NCBI GenBank assembly: GCA_963665325.3
Contig: CAXXWS020000002.1
Coordinates: forward strand, 1,152,001 to 1,216,000
Source: Alphaproteobacteria bacterium
GTDB taxonomy: Bacteria > Pseudomonadota > Alphaproteobacteria > Bin95
Length of the DNA: 64,000 nucleotides
Reading direction: 5' to 3'
Shown here: positions 62,359 to 64,000 of the stretch, piece by piece
How the letters are laid out: every line of letters begins with the position of its first letter
Numbering within the stretch: position 1 is the first letter of the stretch
The notes under the pieces: model-generated
Told to the model about the DNA's origin: nothing
The model's database searches: none
What the model saw: the letters and a program-made list of their open reading frames with translations, nothing else
Made by a program: the position numbers and the translations under genes

Positions 62359-64000
62359 ATGGGCTACGATCTCGTCATCAGGAACGGCACCGTCGTGGAC
62401 GGCTCGGGCCTTGCGCGCTACCGCGCCGATGTGGGTGTCAAGGACGGGCGGATCGCGCGCATCGGGCGCATTACCGCCCCTGCGGACGAGACCGTCGATG
62501 CCGAGGGTCATGTCGTCGCGCCCGGCTTCGTCGATGGCCACACGCACATGGACGCGCAGCTGTTCTGGGACGAGCTCGGCTCCTGCTCCTGCTATCACGG
62601 CGTCACCACCGCGGTGATGGGCAATTGCGGCTTCACGCTCGCCCCCTGCCGGGAGGCCGAAGCCGACCTCGTGTTCCGCAACCTGGAGCGCGCGGAAGAC
62701 ATCGACCGCAATGCCATGCTCACCGGCATCGACTGGAACTGGGAGACCTTCCCGGAGTTCATGTCCGCCGTGGACGCTGCGCCCAAGGGCATCAATTATG
62801 CCGGCTATATCGGCCACGCCGCGCTCCGCACCTATGTGATGGGTGAGCGCGCCTTCGAGCAGGAGGCCGGCGAGGACGACCTGAAGGCGATGGAGGCGCA
62901 TGTCCGCGAGGCGGTGCGCGCGGGCGCGCTCGGCTTCTCGACCTCGCGCAGCCCGAGCCACCTCACTTCCGACGACCGCCCGGTTGCGAGCCGCGTGGCG
63001 ACCTTCTCCGAGGTCCAGCATCTCGTCCGCGCCATGGGCGATGAAGGCGCCGGCATCTTTCAGCTTGCGATGGAGCGCGGCGGCGACAACGAGATGATGG
63101 CCTTCTACCAGAGCCTCATCGAGCTTTCCGCCGAGACCGGCCGGCCGGTCACCTTCGGCTCCCTCAGCCGCAAGGAGAGGCCGGGTCAGTGGCGCGCCTT
63201 CTACGACCTGATCTCGGAAGGCAACCGCAACGGCGCCAATGTCTTCACCCAGGTCCATGCGCGCGAGATAAACACGGTGCTCTCCTTCGAGACGAGCACG
63301 CCCTTCGACAAGCGCGAGGTCTGGCGGGACATCCGCGCGCTGCCAATGGAAGCGCAGAGGCAGGCGTTCGCCGATCCCGAAATGCGCGCGCGCCTGATCG
63401 AGGTGGCGAGCCGCGAGCATGACGGCGAGGCCGTGGTCGGCGCCGAGGCCCGTCCGCCGGAATGGGACATCTTCTTCTGGATGGACCGCATCCGGCTGCC
63501 GCACCGCTCGCTCGCCGAGATCGCCGCAGAGCGGGGCGTCCATCCGGCCGAGGCCATGATCGACATCGCGGTGGAGCACGACCTCAAGGCGTTCTTCCGC
63601 CAGCCGATCGCGAACGAGAACCTCGACGATGCGCTGGAGCTGATGCGCCACCCCTATGCCTGCACGACCTTCTCGGACTCGGGCGCGCATGTCTCGCAGA
63701 TTGTGGACTGCTCGCTCCAGACGCACCTGCTAAGCCACTGGGTTCGGGACCGTGAGGAGTTCACGCTGGAAGAAGGCGTTCGCAAGATCACCTATGATAC
63801 GGCGACCCGCTGGGGTTTCCACGACCGCGGCCTGCTCCGCGAGGGCCTGAAGGCGGATATCGTTGTGTTCGATCCGGATCGGATCGCGCCGGCCATGCCG
63901 GAGGTGGTGCACGATCTGCCGGCCGGTGCCAAGCGCCTGAAACAGTATGCGGTGGGCATGAAGGCCACGGTGGTGAACGGCGTCCCGACCTTGATCGACA
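62359..64000 (+). CDS. N-acyl-D-amino-acid deacylase family amidohydrolase (runs off window end)
   Basis: Absent from the ORF track because there is no stop in the window. Manual translation gives MGYDLVIRNGTVVDGSG...APGFVDGHTHMD, GVTTAVMGNCG, SDSGAH; GGAGG RBS upstream. Confidence 0.92.
   Translation, partial: MGYDLVIRNGTVVDGSGLARYRADVGVKDGRIARIGRITAPADETVDAEGHVVAPGFVDGHTHMDAQLFWDELGSCSCYHGVTTAVMGNCGFTLAPCREAEADLVFRNLERAEDIDRNAMLTGIDWNWETFPEFMSAVDAAPKGINYAGYIGHAALRTYVMGERAFEQEAGEDDLKAMEAHVREAVRAGALGFSTSRSPSHLTSDDRPVASRVATFSEVQHLVRAMGDEGAGIFQLAMERGGDNEMMAFYQSLIELSAETGRPVTFGSLSRKERPGQWRAFYDLISEGNRNGANVFTQVHAREINTVLSFETSTPFDKREVWRDIRALPMEAQRQAFADPEMRARLIEVASREHDGEAVVGAEARPPEWDIFFWMDRIRLPHRSLAEIAAERGVHPAEAMIDIAVEHDLKAFFRQPIANENLDDALELMRHPYACTTFSDSGAHVSQIVDCSLQTHLLSHWVRDREEFTLEEGVRKITYDTATRWGFHDRGLLREGLKADIVVFDPDRIAPAMPEVVHDLPAGAKRLKQYAVGMKATVVNGVPTLID

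Overview
This is high-GC chromosomal DNA from an alphaproteobacterium, probably Rhodospirillales-like. That call rests on the rpmH-rnpA-yidD-yidC-engB-argB, yebC-ruvCAB-ybgC-tolQRAB-pal-cpoB-tilS-ftsH-folP-glmM and zapA-6S RNA-ygfA-ymdB gene orders and an alpha-type LexA box. Most of the window is housekeeping backbone (also recA, tkt-gap, prs-rplY-pth-ychF, hisI, thiD, coq7, dsbB, ppk2, recX). It is interspersed with catabolic and transport genes: PhyH, 2 TauD, 3 luciferase-like monooxygenases, amidases, and TRAP and peptide ABC transporters. I saw no rRNA, tRNA, CRISPR array, transposase or integrase. Five things stand out. (1) An ~650-bp non-coding insert at 46.68-47.33 kb has its own extended -10 promoter, successive stems, 3 x 45-bp repeats with mutually exclusive hairpins and five helically phased CATGAC boxes. 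(2) A DEDDh exonuclease-CBS-DUF294 nucleotidyltransferase fusion lies upstream of an acetamidase/formamidase gene. (3) An A-rich secreted peptidoglycan-binding protein with a 24-bp repeat sits after gap between degenerate direct repeats containing REP-like hairpins. (4) A His-brace-like secreted protein forms an operon with a membrane protein. (5) A 63-aa ORF is translationally coupled to an amidase. All family calls come from motif recognition by eye, not database searches; start codons were refined by hand.
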